Positions 15,146 through 15,871 of a DNA stretch of 15,871 nt are shown one piece after another. Within the stretch, counting starts at the first letter, position 1. Each line of letters starts with the position of its first letter. Location: contig JBHHVD010000076.1 of NCBI GenBank assembly GCA_046754105.1, positions 1 to 15,871 on the forward strand. Reading direction: 5' to 3'. Origin of the DNA: Candidatus Krumholzibacteriia bacterium. Lineage in GTDB: Bacteria > Krumholzibacteriota > Krumholzibacteriia > WVZY01. Both the position numbers and the translations under genes were made by a program. The notes beneath the pieces are model-generated. The model worked only from the letters and a program-made list of their open reading frames with translations. It was not told the origin of the DNA and ran no database searches.

Positions 15146-15345
15146 ATGCGCCGCCTGATATTGTCCCCGATTGTCGCAGCCCTGTTTGTGCCGGGGCTGG
15201 CGGCGGCGGCTTCGATCGTCACTATCAGCAGTGACTTGCAGACCCAGCGGTGTGTGGTCGATCCCACCCCCCCGGAGTCCGGTCTCTACACGTGTTCGTA
15301 GTGCCCGACGCCAACGGCGTCTCCGCGCTGCGCTTCGCCGCTCCT
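15146..15345 (+). pseudogene. Frameshifted, truncated secreted protein
   Basis: GGGAGG RBS; signal peptide MRRLILSPIVAALFVPGLAAA; 'SIVTISSDLQTQRCVVDPTPPESGLYT' continues after a shift near 15291 as 'VFVVPDANGVSALRFAAP', then degenerates before tRNA-Lys. Confidence 0.6.
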
Positions 15346-15415
15346 GGCGGATGCCGCAGCCGTCGTGCCGGAGTAGTTCACCGGGGCTCCGAGAACGCGC
15401 CAACCGCAAAAAAAA

Positions 15416-15491
15416 TGGTGAGTCGCCCGGGACTCGAACCCGGTACCCCTTGCTTAAAAGGCAAGTGCTCTACCGGATGAGCTAGCGACTC
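15416..15491 (-). tRNA. tRNA-Lys (anticodon TTT)
   Basis: Reverse complement GAGTCGCTAGCTCATCCGGTAGAGCACTTGCC-TTTT-AAGCAAGGGGTACCGGGTTCGAGTCCCGGGCGACTCA-CCA; 76 nt; stems pair. Confidence 0.97.
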
Positions 15492-15531
15492 ACCGAAAGA
15501 GGCGCTGGCGGCAGCGCCCATGGAATGCTGC

Positions 15532-15561
15532 AGAATAGGCTCGCGGGAAACGCCCTGTCAA
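15532..15561 (-). promoter_or_regulatory. Sigma70 promoter for tRNA-Lys
   Basis: TTGACA (15561-15556), 18 bp, TATTCT (15537-15532). Confidence 0.6.
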
Positions 15562-15628
15562 TCGGCGAAATGCGACAAGACCCGCGCAGCCGCGATCCGG
15601 AACGGGCGCGCTTCCGGAAGAGCCCGCC

Positions 15629-15871
15629 CTAGGCCCGCCGGACCATCGCGCTGCGCTCCGGGCCTGTGGACACCAGCTCGATGCGGCAGCCGATCAGTTC
15701 CTCGAGGAAGCTCACGTATGCCGCCGCCCTGGCGGGAAGACGGTCTTTGTCCCGTGCCGCGGTTTCTTGGCGCCAGCCCTCGAACGTCTCGTAATGCGGA
15801 CGGCAGCACCCGACCACCCCCGCGTCGGTCGGAAAGTAATCGAGCCTCTTGCCGCGGCACCGGTATGACGT
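15629..15871 (-). CDS. purA: Adenylosuccinate synthetase, 3' end (partial)
   Basis: Open frame from the window edge: 'SYRCRGKRLDYFPTD...CRPHYETFEGW...LPARAAAYVSFLEELIGCRIELVSTGPERSAM', the PurA C-terminus. Confidence 0.92.
   Translation of the reverse strand, partial: TSYRCRGKRLDYFPTDAGVVGCCRPHYETFEGWRQETAARDKDRLPARAAAYVSFLEELIGCRIELVSTGPERSAMVRRA

Overview
High-GC bacterial chromosomal window. The C-terminal 'SSWGMLKDRYR' tail and the style of the secreted proteins suggest a Krumholzibacteriota/Latescibacterota/Eisenbacteria-like lineage (inference only). Right end, minus strand, core-like: 3' end of purA, tRNA-Lys(TTT), a ~909-aa DnaE (Pol III alpha) homologue, then tRNA-Glu(TTC). The DnaE homologue has an intact reading frame, but its polymerase and PHP catalytic motifs are almost all replaced, and it ends in a beta-clamp-type motif (QLKLPF). 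Beyond the tRNA-Glu 3' end lies a patchwork accessory region: AAA+/DUF4143 ATPase, a lipoprotein, a low-GC DUF2569-like membrane gene, and a TetR regulator divergent from a membrane gene. Four copies of a TGTTGACA-N-TGTCAACA operator sit in two paralogous control regions. The region also holds an NYN/LabA nuclease, a fatty-acid desaturase and many gene remnants, including two back-to-back fusions of headless genes. Left end: a (Thr-Gly)30 repeat overlapping the start of a DUF2723/TMEM260-like GT-C glycosyltransferase, followed by a secreted protein with a WGxxKxxY tail. The most striking candidate is the apparently catalytically dead DnaE.
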